Positions 1 to 8,145 of a stretch of DNA of 17,885 bases are shown piece after piece. Each line of letters opens with the position of its first letter. The stretch's first letter is position 1. This DNA is from Candidatus Velthaea sp. (lineage in GTDB: Bacteria > Vulcanimicrobiota > Vulcanimicrobiia > Vulcanimicrobiales > Vulcanimicrobiaceae), in the NCBI GenBank assembly GCA_050012475.1, contig JBEKHC010000099.1, positions 1 through 17,885 of the forward strand, written 5' to 3'. A program made the position numbers and the translations under genes. The notes beneath the pieces were generated by a model. That model worked only from the letters and a program-made list of their open reading frames with translations. It was not told the DNA's origin and made no database searches.

Positions 1-1304
1 CCGCCGCCGGCGGCAGCTCCGCCGCCCCCGCCCATGCCGCCCGCAGCCATCATCCCGACCTCCATGGCGTTCTCCTGGAGCTTGTTGACCGTGCCCACTC
101 CGGCATCCATCACGCCGCTCGCGGCGCCCATCACACTGTCGAGCGCCCCCGTCGCCGTCCCCGCGGCGGCGCTCAAGCCGCCCATGACGGCACCGCCGAC
201 CGAGCTGAGCGTCGACATCGCCGAGCCCATCGTCAAGCTGGGCGAACCGTTGAGCATCGACGCCGCCAGGCCCGGAAGTTTCGTCGTCAGCATCATGAAG
301 ATGATCGCCGTCGAACCGATGATGAGATAGTTGACCATCATACCGGGAACATAGACGTAGAAATCATTCGCGTTAAAGAAGTGCGTACCCTTAATAGCGC
401 TGAGCGCCGTGCAGATGCCGATCGTATCCGATCCGCCGCAATCGGTGGGAAACAGCGTCACTCCGAGTCCGACGATGAGCGAGAGCACGAACAGCTTGAT
501 CCCAATCGCGAAGGCGTAGCCGAACCACTTCTCGCCGAACGACATCGTCCAGCGGCTGCCGGTGAAACCCAGCAGCACGGCGCCGCCGCCGACCATGATA
601 TACGCCTCGATGAGCGTCATGATCAGCTGCCCGGCCGCGATCAAGAACGCGACGAAGACCACGAAAGAGATCACGACCGCCGAGAGACCCGCCGCGAGCA
701 TCGCGAGCGCCATGAACAGGTCGTCGTAGATCGAGTTGCCGACGTTGTTGAGATCGAAGTAGAAGTTCGCCCACGGCATGTTGGCAAAGATCATCCGGCA
801 GATCGCCGTGCCGATCTCGAACACGCCGGTCGGATTGTTGAGATCGACCGGATGCCCGCTGACGGCGCCGCCCAGTTGAATGAAGCTCTGCATGATCTTG
901 GGCAAGAAGTCGCGCGTGCCCTGATTGAGCAGAATGAAGTAGAAGAACGAAACGCCCATGACCTTAATGACCATCGCCGAAACCAGCTCGCCCAGATTTT
1001 CTTTCTGCAGCGTCCACAGGATCAGCGTCCAAGCGAACTCGATGCCCACCAGCAGGGTGAAGAATCGGGTCGCATTGGTCAAGGCGGTGTCGAGCCAGCC
1101 GATCGCCGCATTACAGTACACGTTGGGAAGTTCGTTGAGGCCGTTGTTGTCGGGACAGCCGCCCAAAACGCCTTGCCCGGCGGCGACGCTGTGCGGCACG
1201 ACGACCGACAGCACGCCGAAGGCGACCAGCGCGAGACACGTGGGAATGGCGAACCGCACGAGCGGATGCGCACCAAGCAGACGGGACCGGAACGAGCGGG
1301 TCAT
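1..1304 (-). CDS. trbL: P-type conjugative transfer protein TrbL (VirB6 family), 3'-partial (runs off window edge)
   Basis: Translated by hand from the ATG at 1304, which overlaps the trbE stop (ATGA) and follows a GGAGG RBS; open to position 1, so absent from the ORF track. Multi-TM protein with TrbL-type segments (ATRFFTLLVGIEFAW, QLIMTLIEAYIMVGGGAVLLGFTGSRWT, FAIGIKLFVL, KLPGLAASMLNGSP) and a Gly/Ala/Met-rich tail. Confidence 0.9.
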   Translation of the reverse strand, partial: MTRSFRSRLLGAHPLVRFAIPTCLALVAFGVLSVVVPHSVAAGQGVLGGCPDNNGLNELPNVYCNAAIGWLDTALTNATRFFTLLVGIEFAWTLILWTLQKENLGELVSAMVIKVMGVSFFYFILLNQGTRDFLPKIMQSFIQLGGAVSGHPVDLNNPTGVFEIGTAICRMIFANMPWANFYFDLNNVGNSIYDDLFMALAMLAAGLSAVVISFVVFVAFLIAAGQLIMTLIEAYIMVGGGAVLLGFTGSRWTMSFGEKWFGYAFAIGIKLFVLSLIVGLGVTLFPTDCGGSDTIGICTALSAIKGTHFFNANDFYVYVPGMMVNYLIIGSTAIIFMMLTTKLPGLAASMLNGSPSLTMGSAMSTLSSVGGAVMGGLSAAAGTATGALDSVMGAASGVMDAGVGTVNKLQENAMEVGMMAAGGMGGGGGAAAGG

Positions 1305-3814
1305 GACGCAACCTCCAGAAGAGCGTACGAAGCATCCGCGGGAGCGTTGTGCTTTCCGCCGATAGTGAGCCAGATTTTGGCCGCAGCGGCGAGGCCGCGC
1401 GCGGCGAGCCACTCCGAGGGCCACGTGTTGGGTGAGTGGGCGATCAACTCGCGGATCGCAGCGATGTCTTCACGTCCGCTAGCGCCGATGAAGCTAAGCG
1501 CGACGGGCCCGAGGCCCAGCTCGAACACGCGCCGTCCCAGCGGACTGACATAGAGATATTGACGCTTGGGCCGCAAGCCGGCGAGAATCTCGATCTGACG
1601 CTCGGTCAGGCCCATCGACAGATAGGCTTGCGATGAGAATTCGTTGCGCGCCTCGAGATTGGGCAGGAAGATCTTCGTCGGGCACGATTCGACGATCACG
1701 TCGCGAATCTCCGAACGCATCACATCGCTTATGCTCTGCGTCGCGAACACCACGGCAGCGTTCGATTTGCGCATCGTCTTGAGCCACTCGCGAATTTTGT
1801 CGCGGAAGATCGGCGAGCTGAGCATGAGCCAGGCCTCGTCGAGCACCAGCAGCGTCGGTTCGCCGTGCAGCCGGCGCTCGATGCGATGGAACAGATACAG
1901 CATGACCGGGACGACGTTCTTCTCGCCCAGCGCCATGAGGTGCGCCATCTCGAAGACTTGAAACGGATTGTCCTTGAGCCCGTCGCGATCGGCGTCGAGC
2001 AGCGTTCCTAAACTTCCCGAGAGCGTGTAGTGCGCGATCGCGTCGCGTAGCTCGGGTTCGGACAGGGTGTGCGCGAGGTCGGTGAGCGTGCGCTTGGGGC
2101 TTTGGGCAAGCAGTTCGAGTGCGCGATGGATGTCTTTGCGGAAGCGCGGCGACATCGTCACGCCCTGGAGCGAAAAGAGCGTTTCGAGCCAGTCGGCGGC
2201 CCAGACACGTTCGCTTTCATTGTCGATGTCGGCTAACGGATAGAACGCGAGCTGACTCTGTTCGCCGGCGATTTCGTAATGATCGCCGCCGCTCGCATTG
2301 CAGAGCGCGTACGCTGAGTTGCCGATGTCGAACGCGAAAATCTGCGCGTTGGGATAGCGGAAGTGCGACGCCATGAGGAAGCCCAGCAGCGTCGATTTCC
2401 CGGCGCCCGTGGGTCCGAGGATCAGCGTGTGACCGACGTCGCCGACGTGCAGATTGAGCCGGAACGGCGTGGCGCCGCTGGTCGCGGCGTACCCCAGCGG
2501 CGGGCTTGCGGGCGGATAGAACGGCGACGGATTGTTTGCCAGCCCGGCCCAAACGCTGGTGAGCGGCAGAAAATCGGCGAGATTGAGCGTGTGCATGATG
2601 GGGCGCCGCACGTTGGCATAGCCGTGACCGGGCAGCGAACCCAAATACGCTTCGACCGCGTTGACCGATTCGACGCGCGCGGTGAAGCCCGAATGGTTGA
2701 TGAGCTTGACGATGTCGCGCGCCATGAGATCGGCGCGGTCGGCGTCGTCTTCCATCACCACGATGACGCTAGAATAGTAGCCGAACTTCACCACGCCGCT
2801 CGAAAGCTCGGCCAGGGCGCCGATCGCGTCGCCGGCCATGCGGTCGGCGTCGGCATTGACGTGGGTGGCTTGGCCGCCCGTCTGTTCGCGCATGAGGTTC
2901 CCGAGTGACTTGCGCTTCTGGAACCACTTCTTGCGATACGTGTCGAGCTGTTTGTGCGCGGCGCCGTCGTCGAGAAAAATGAAGCGGTTCGACCAGCGAT
3001 AGGTCATCGGCAGCCGGTTGAGCCCGTCGAGGATGCCGGGGAAGCTCGAGGCGGGGTACCCGGAGAAGGCGATGCAGCGGATGTGCTTGTCGCCGATGCG
3101 CGGCGCGAGGCCGCCGTAAAAATCTTGGGCTCCCAGTACGGCGTCGAGGTACATCGGCACAGCCGGAACGTTGAACGGATGGGTCACGCCGCCGATGCAC
3201 GCGTCGAGGTGCGAAAGCAGCTCGTCGCGCAGGCATTCGACGCCGGCGGCGTCGCGATAGCGCGTGCTCTTGAGGCGCCGCATGTGCAGCGCCGACGACA
3301 ACTCGTCTTCGATCTCGCGCAGTCCGACGCGGAAATTTTCGAGCGCTCGTTCCAGCGCGGCATCGGCATCGTGGACTTTGCCGTCACCTTCGACGAGCAG
3401 ATTCTGAACGCGGCCCTCGAAATCGGCCGGCGGCAGATAGGTGACCGTCATGAAGAACGCGGTTTCGAAGTGTGCGCCTTCGGCTTCGTACTGGGCGCGG
3501 CGTTCCAGATCGATGAGCGCCGTCGTGCGATCGGCGAATTTGCCGCGCTCGGGGTAGGTGTGGGTCGTGTTGCGCACCGCGTCGACGTGGATCATCCAGC
3601 CGCTGCCGCGCCGCAAAAACGCTTTGTTGACGCGGGCGGAGACGGCGGCGAGTTCCTGATATCCGGCCGACTCGAGGTCTTCGCCGCGATATTCCCAGGC
3701 CGCCATCAAGCTGCCGTCTTTATTGAGCACGACACCGTCGTCGACGAGCGCCGCGTAGTTGAGCAGGTCGGGCAAACCTTTGGAGCGGTTGCGGAATTGA
3801 CGCAGTTGTAACAT
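1301..3814 (-). CDS. trbE: VirB4-family T4SS ATPase TrbE (~837 aa)
   Basis: Start MLQLRQFRNRSKGLPDLLNYAALVDDGVVLNKDGSL at ATG 3814 with a GAGG RBS (the ORF-track extension to 4084 overlaps trbD). DVGHTLILGPTGAGKST Walker A, LVLDEAW Walker B, FATQS, ESCPTKIFLPN. Confidence 0.97.
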   Translation of the reverse strand: MLQLRQFRNRSKGLPDLLNYAALVDDGVVLNKDGSLMAAWEYRGEDLESAGYQELAAVSARVNKAFLRRGSGWMIHVDAVRNTTHTYPERGKFADRTTALIDLERRAQYEAEGAHFETAFFMTVTYLPPADFEGRVQNLLVEGDGKVHDADAALERALENFRVGLREIEDELSSALHMRRLKSTRYRDAAGVECLRDELLSHLDACIGGVTHPFNVPAVPMYLDAVLGAQDFYGGLAPRIGDKHIRCIAFSGYPASSFPGILDGLNRLPMTYRWSNRFIFLDDGAAHKQLDTYRKKWFQKRKSLGNLMREQTGGQATHVNADADRMAGDAIGALAELSSGVVKFGYYSSVIVVMEDDADRADLMARDIVKLINHSGFTARVESVNAVEAYLGSLPGHGYANVRRPIMHTLNLADFLPLTSVWAGLANNPSPFYPPASPPLGYAATSGATPFRLNLHVGDVGHTLILGPTGAGKSTLLGFLMASHFRYPNAQIFAFDIGNSAYALCNASGGDHYEIAGEQSQLAFYPLADIDNESERVWAADWLETLFSLQGVTMSPRFRKDIHRALELLAQSPKRTLTDLAHTLSEPELRDAIAHYTLSGSLGTLLDADRDGLKDNPFQVFEMAHLMALGEKNVVPVMLYLFHRIERRLHGEPTLLVLDEAWLMLSSPIFRDKIREWLKTMRKSNAAVVFATQSISDVMRSEIRDVIVESCPTKIFLPNLEARNEFSSQAYLSMGLTERQIEILAGLRPKRQYLYVSPLGRRVFELGLGPVALSFIGASGREDIAAIRELIAHSPNTWPSEWLAARGLAAAAKIWLTIGGKHNAPADASYALLEVAS

Positions 3815-3837
3815 CACGATCCTCGTTATTGCTATTG

Positions 3838-4158
3838 CTATTGCTGTTTTTTGATGGTGGGGACGATCGCGTTGACCGCCGACCCGGCGGGGTAGAAGCT
3901 GCGGTACTTGACGTGGCGGAGATAGATCTTGGTCATCTGACTGTCGGCCTTGGCCATGCGCCCGAGCACGGCGACCGAGATGACCCAGAACGCGACCCCG
4001 GCGATTGCCAACACGAGGTTGCCGAGCATGAACACTAGCGTGACGGCGATGATCGCTGAGATCATCAGGGGTTCGCGTTCGCACCCCATCATCAGCAGCG
4101 GCCGCGTGAGCGAGAGGTGCACGTCGATCTTGCGGGGTCCGTTCTGTTGCGTCGTCAT
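3838..4158 (-). CDS. trbD: VirB3-family protein TrbD (106 aa)
   Basis: HLSLTRPLLMMGCERE motif, two hydrophobic segments, MAKADSQMTKIYLRH. TAATG overlap with trbC; canonical position between trbC and trbE. Confidence 0.93.
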   Translation of the reverse strand: MTTQQNGPRKIDVHLSLTRPLLMMGCEREPLMISAIIAVTLVFMLGNLVLAIAGVAFWVISVAVLGRMAKADSQMTKIYLRHVKYRSFYPAGSAVNAIVPTIKKQQ

Positions 4159-4481
4159 TAGACCGTGAAGCCGGTGATGTTCAGGGCCGTCACGAAGTGG
4201 CTGCCGGCGATGAGCAGCGCGAGCGACATGACACCGATGAGAACGCGCTTGACGAAGTTGCTCATCTCGTCACCGAACACGAGTCCCGCGCCCGCGGCGA
4301 ACAGGGCGATGACCGCGATCGTCGTCGCGACCGGGCCGGTCAGGCTATCTTGAATGGTCTGGAGCGGGCCTTCCCAGGGTAGCGCGGTTCCGCCGGTAGC
4401 GGCGAACGCGGGCGAGGCGAGCAGCACGAGGAGTGCGGTGAACGGGGCGGCGGTCTTGCTGATGCGCTTGATGGTCTTCAT
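4158..4481 (-). CDS. trbC: VirB2-family pilin TrbC (~107 aa)
   Basis: ATG 4481 with a GGAGA RBS; signal peptide ending SPAFA; LPWEGPLQTIQDSLTGPVA signature; two hydrophobic segments. Confidence 0.95.
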   Translation of the reverse strand: MKTIKRISKTAAPFTALLVLLASPAFAATGGTALPWEGPLQTIQDSLTGPVATTIAVIALFAAGAGLVFGDEMSNFVKRVLIGVMSLALLIAGSHFVTALNITGFTV

Positions 4482-4624
4482 CGTTCGATCTCCATGTGTG
4501 AGAGTGGTGAGGGCTGATGCGTGCCGGCGAAAGCTGCCGACACCCATAGCGTACGAATGCAGCGTCTAGACAGCGTCGCGGCTGCGTCCGAAAGCCGTTG
4601 TTTTGAAAAAAGCGTGTCTTCGAA

Positions 4625-4658
4625 AAGAAAAAAGAGCCGCAGCGCGGCTCTTTTTCTT
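4625..4658. terminator. Bidirectional intrinsic terminator between trbB and trbC
   Basis: AAAAAGAGCCGC-AGC-GCGGCTCTTTTT: perfect 12-bp inverted repeat (4629-4640/4644-4655) giving a U-tract on either strand. Confidence 0.8.
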
Positions 4659-4695
4659 GGTTCGCTAACGATGCGGCATTCGGCGTTGCCGATAT

Positions 4696-5700
4696 TCAGG
4701 CCGCGCGCTGCGGCTCCACGAGCGTCACCTTGGCGTCGAGCCGCTTGACGGTGTAACCGGTTTGCGGCGAATAGCCCGTCACGCGCACCACTTCTTGGAT
4801 GCGCCGGCCCTCGGGTGTGCGCACGATCGAGACGAGCAGATCGACGGCTTCGGCGATGAGCTGGGGCTGCGGCGGGACGTTGGCCTCTTGGACGAGTTGC
4901 TCGAGCCGGACCAGCCCGGCCACGGCGCTGTTGGCGTGGACCGTTGCCAGGCCACCCGGATGCCCGGTGTTCCAGGCTTTGAGCAGCGCCAGGGCTTCGG
5001 CACCACGGACTTCGCCGACGACGATGCGGTCGGGCCGCAGGCGCATCGTCGTGCGCAGCAGCCGGGTCATGTCGGCGCTGTCGCTGGTCTTGAGCGCGAC
5101 GTGGTTGGGCGCGCTGCACTGCAGTTCGACGGTATCTTCGATGATGACCAGCCGCTGCTCGCGGTGCTGCGTGCAAATCTCATCGAGCACGGCATTGGCC
5201 AACGTCGTCTTCCCCGAGCCGGTCGAGCCGACGATGAGGATGTTCTGGCGCTCGGCGACCGCCTGACGGATCACATCAGCCGTGTGTGGGTCGCAGATTC
5301 CTTTTTGGACGTAGTCGTCGAGCGTAAAAACGAGTCCAGCACGCTTACGAATCGCGAAGACCGGACGGTTGGAAATCGGCGGCAGCACGCCGGCGAACCG
5401 GCTTCCGTCGAACGGCAGGGTCCCCTCGAGGATCGGCTGCTCGGCGTTCACGGAAATTTCGAGTGCCGCCGCGATCGTCCGCAGCAGGTTTTCGGCTTGC
5501 ATCGCGCTCATCCGGACCCCGGTATCGCGCATGCCCTCGCCGAGCACGTCGAGCCAGAGCCCGCCGTCGGCGTTGAGCATCACTTCCACGACCGCCGGGT
5601 CGGCTAACGCCGCTACGATGGTGGGCCCCAACTCACGTTCGAGTTTTTCGCGCAGGCGCTTTGCTTGCTCCTCAGCGGCCGAGGTACCGTTTCCCATCAT
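4696..5700 (-). CDS. trbB: VirB11-family ATPase TrbB (~334 aa)
   Basis: RELGPTIVAALADPAVVEVMLNADG N-terminus, GSTGSGKTT Walker A, IIEDTVEL Asp box, RLRPDRIVVGEVRG, WNTGHPGG..TVHA His box. Start is one of the ATGs at 5697/5700/5706 near AAAGGGA. Confidence 0.96.
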   Translation of the reverse strand: MMGNGTSAAEEQAKRLREKLERELGPTIVAALADPAVVEVMLNADGGLWLDVLGEGMRDTGVRMSAMQAENLLRTIAAALEISVNAEQPILEGTLPFDGSRFAGVLPPISNRPVFAIRKRAGLVFTLDDYVQKGICDPHTADVIRQAVAERQNILIVGSTGSGKTTLANAVLDEICTQHREQRLVIIEDTVELQCSAPNHVALKTSDSADMTRLLRTTMRLRPDRIVVGEVRGAEALALLKAWNTGHPGGLATVHANSAVAGLVRLEQLVQEANVPPQPQLIAEAVDLLVSIVRTPEGRRIQEVVRVTGYSPQTGYTVKRLDAKVTLVEPQRAA

Positions 5701-5842
5701 CGCCATCCCTTTTGATTGCATGCATTGCCGGTTGCCGGCCCAGGACAGCGTACGTCTTCGCGCGTCCGCGCAGCGTCGGGTTATCGTCCGCTGCGACCGG
5801 CGCTCCCCCAGCAGCGGCTCGAAACTGCCGTCCGGCGGGCCG

Positions 5843-6673
5843 TCACAGCGTTTGCGGAGGAAGTTGGATGATGAACTCGGTTTCCTGCTGCAGGAGCACC
5901 GAATGAACGCGGGCATCCTGCCGAACGAGACCCAGATCCTCGAAGACGGAAAAGCGCGCGGTTCGAACGACGCCGCGGGTCATTTCCAGCCGTTCATGCC
6001 ACACCGCATACGTACCAAGCCGGCCGTCGCGACGGCGGTAATAGCCGCGCAGCGGGTGGGTTAGGACGAGACTCGTCTCTTCGGCCGTCGCGAAACCATC
6101 GAGCAGACCGGCCGGTTCGGCCGTGCCCGAGCAGCGCAGCAGCGCCGTACCCCAAGCTCCGCGCGCATCGAGGACGAAGTCGACGCAGCGGTGCTGCTCC
6201 CATCGAGCGCGGACCTCGATGTGCGCGCCGTGCCACGGCAGCTTCCACCCATAGCGGGGAACGGCGACGAGCGGCGTTCCCAGCATCGTTCCGAAAAACC
6301 AAACGGCGCGTTCACCGCGGTTTTTCACGTAAGCGCGATAGTTGATCTGATTGAAAGCGAAGCGGAGCCCGGGCAAGCAGACCATTCGAAAGTCGGCGTC
6401 GCGAAACGGCACTGCTGACACCAACGCTCGTTCGGAGCCGTCCGCCAGCGTGAAAACATCGGGCTCGAGGAAGGAAGGGAGCAACGCCCGGAGCCGTTTC
6501 GGGTCGACCGTAAACGACACGATTGCGAAATCGCAAAGACGCGTCGTCACGTCGATGCCCTGTACGCTAGGCCGCGACAACGCGGCCGCGGCCGTATTCG
6601 GCGGCGTCGAGGCGCGCCGCATCATCCGCTCGGGAGCGACGGTCCCGCCGAGCGTGTTGTTCGCTAGGTTCAT
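5843..6673 (-). CDS. DUF2071/YqjF-like protein (acetoacetate-decarboxylase-like fold)
   Basis: Pattern SFTVDPKRLRALLP..LEPD..ALVSAVPF..FNQINYRAYVK...AVWFF..RYGWKLPW fits DUF2071 as recalled; ATGA overlap with the upstream gene. Confidence 0.75.
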   Translation of the reverse strand: MNLANNTLGGTVAPERMMRRASTPPNTAAAALSRPSVQGIDVTTRLCDFAIVSFTVDPKRLRALLPSFLEPDVFTLADGSERALVSAVPFRDADFRMVCLPGLRFAFNQINYRAYVKNRGERAVWFFGTMLGTPLVAVPRYGWKLPWHGAHIEVRARWEQHRCVDFVLDARGAWGTALLRCSGTAEPAGLLDGFATAEETSLVLTHPLRGYYRRRDGRLGTYAVWHERLEMTRGVVRTARFSVFEDLGLVRQDARVHSVLLQQETEFIIQLPPQTL

Positions 6674-7950
6674 GACCGGTGCGGCGGTTTCGGAGGTGCC
6701 GGCTTGGATGCCAGCTGATCGGAGTTCGGTTTCCAGCGCAGTTGCGCGTCGGTGGACGGCGCCGACTTGCCGTCGACGGCCGGCCGAGTCAATTGCAGCT
6801 CGTTCATGACCTCGAGTGCGCCGGTCATCCGTCCCAACGCGGCGCGCGGCGGCACCGGGGGGGCTTGCTTGGCGGCAAGTCCATCAGCGTCGGGCTTCCA
6901 GCGTTGATCGGCGGCGGTCGTCGGCGACGATTGTTGCGCGCGCGCGGTTTCCTCTTCGCTGAGCGGAGTCCGATCGTAAGGACGGTCATCGATTTCTCTG
7001 TCGCCCGAACGCTGAGCGGAATCCATGGCACGCGTGACGTCCTCGAAGCGCTGCGGCTTGGGCAGCGGCTGCCGTTCGCGCAGCACCTTCTCCCACTGCT
7101 CGGGGGTCGATCGAAGCAGTTGGCGCTGTTCGGGATTGCGTTCGAGGTCTTTGAGGAGCTCGACGCCGAGCGGAGTGGATTGTCCGGGACGACGATACGT
7201 GTTCGAATCGCCGAATTGGTGTTCTTCGACGTGTTCGATCTTGAGGCGTACGCCGACGGCACGCGCCGCGGCACGATACGTCGCAACGGTCTCAGGCGAA
7301 GCGTCGCGGGCCAGCGGTGCCATTTTGGAAAGCTTCGCCAGGTCGCCGCCCAAGCGCCGCTTATCGGCCGTGACGACACCGGGATCGAGATCGGAACAAT
7401 ACGCGCCGGGCGCGACCTCCTCACGATTGTCGCGAACTCGCATCGCAGCAAGCTTATTCGCGTTTTCCGTTCGTTTGACGTCTGCGGGATTTTCGGCCGC
7501 GAACCGCGCACCCATCTTGCGCAGTCCGGGTGAGAACGCATCATCGTTCCGACCATCGATGAGGACGCTCTTGCCGACGTTGTCGCGCACGAGATCGTCA
7601 TAGGACTCGAGATCTTTGACCGTGACGGGAACGCCCGCCCGATTCGCTTGCCGCCAATACTCGAGCAAGTCGTCGCCGTTCGAGTCCGGCGTCGGAAGGG
7701 CAATGGTGTTGAACCGCCTGCCGAACAGACCCTTGTCGGGCTGCGGCGCGCCGGAGCGTTCGGCGGCGCGTACCTTTTCGAAACGGTCCTCGTAGCGCGG
7801 CTCTGCCTCTTGCGGACGAGACGATTCGCGAGTACCGATGGGTTGTTCCCGGACGTCGGGCGGTGTCTTTCCATAGTGGGAATTCGACGCTGGCCTCGAA
7901 CCCGATCCAAGTGTTCGGTCGTCGTCAAAAGATAGGCGCGAGTTTTCCAC
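6670..7950 (-). CDS. Hypothetical hydrophilic protein (~426 aa) with duplicated Pro-rich C-terminal motif
   Basis: Long ORF; GTG at 7950 preceded by an AGGAGA RBS; stop overlaps the DUF2071 start (ATGA). No family recognised. Confidence 0.7.
   Translation of the reverse strand: MENSRLSFDDDRTLGSGSRPASNSHYGKTPPDVREQPIGTRESSRPQEAEPRYEDRFEKVRAAERSGAPQPDKGLFGRRFNTIALPTPDSNGDDLLEYWRQANRAGVPVTVKDLESYDDLVRDNVGKSVLIDGRNDDAFSPGLRKMGARFAAENPADVKRTENANKLAAMRVRDNREEVAPGAYCSDLDPGVVTADKRRLGGDLAKLSKMAPLARDASPETVATYRAAARAVGVRLKIEHVEEHQFGDSNTYRRPGQSTPLGVELLKDLERNPEQRQLLRSTPEQWEKVLRERQPLPKPQRFEDVTRAMDSAQRSGDREIDDRPYDRTPLSEEETARAQQSSPTTAADQRWKPDADGLAAKQAPPVPPRAALGRMTGALEVMNELQLTRPAVDGKSAPSTDAQLRWKPNSDQLASKPAPPKPPHRS
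6679..6903 (-). repeat. Two diverged 60-bp in-frame repeats (RWKPDADGLAAKQAPPVPPR / RWKPNSDQLASKPAPPKPPH)
   Basis: Copies at 6844-6903 and 6679-6738. Conserved mainly at protein level with synonymous changes, which supports this reading frame. Confidence 0.75.
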
Positions 7951-8145
7951 GTTTGTTCTCCTGGAGCAGCCCCGGCGAAGGCGCATCGCCGTCGATCGGC
8001 ACCCGGTATCCTTGCTCGCAGAAAAGACGTGAACGAAAGCACTCCGGCTCACGCCAGAGGTAACCTCCGGGCGAATCGTGCCTGCCCGCACAAGCCGTGC
8101 CAACAGCCCCGCCGGGCTCGCCATTCTGGGGTAACCTCCCTTGCG

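Noticed and set aside
381..1553. 390-aa plus-strand ORF and other long antisense ORFs (2954-3811, 4762-5607, 6679-7533, 6825-8042, 15754-16326)
   Set aside because: Shadow or alternative frames of real genes in high-GC DNA; no recognisable motifs.
3815..4084. ORF-track N-terminal extensions of TrbE (and likewise of TrbB to 5916, TrbC to 4547, TnpA to 14420)
   Set aside because: They mostly overlap neighbouring genes and lack family similarity; RBS-supported internal starts match the family N-termini.
5769..5795. CGCAGCG..CGCTGCG hairpin upstream of trbB
   Set aside because: A 7-bp GC stem without a U-tract is common by chance at this GC content.
5914..5921. CATCCTGC resembling an IncP-type nic site
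   Set aside because: Lies inside the DUF2071 coding sequence with no adjacent inverted repeat, and the same 8-mer occurs in tnpA; expected by chance.
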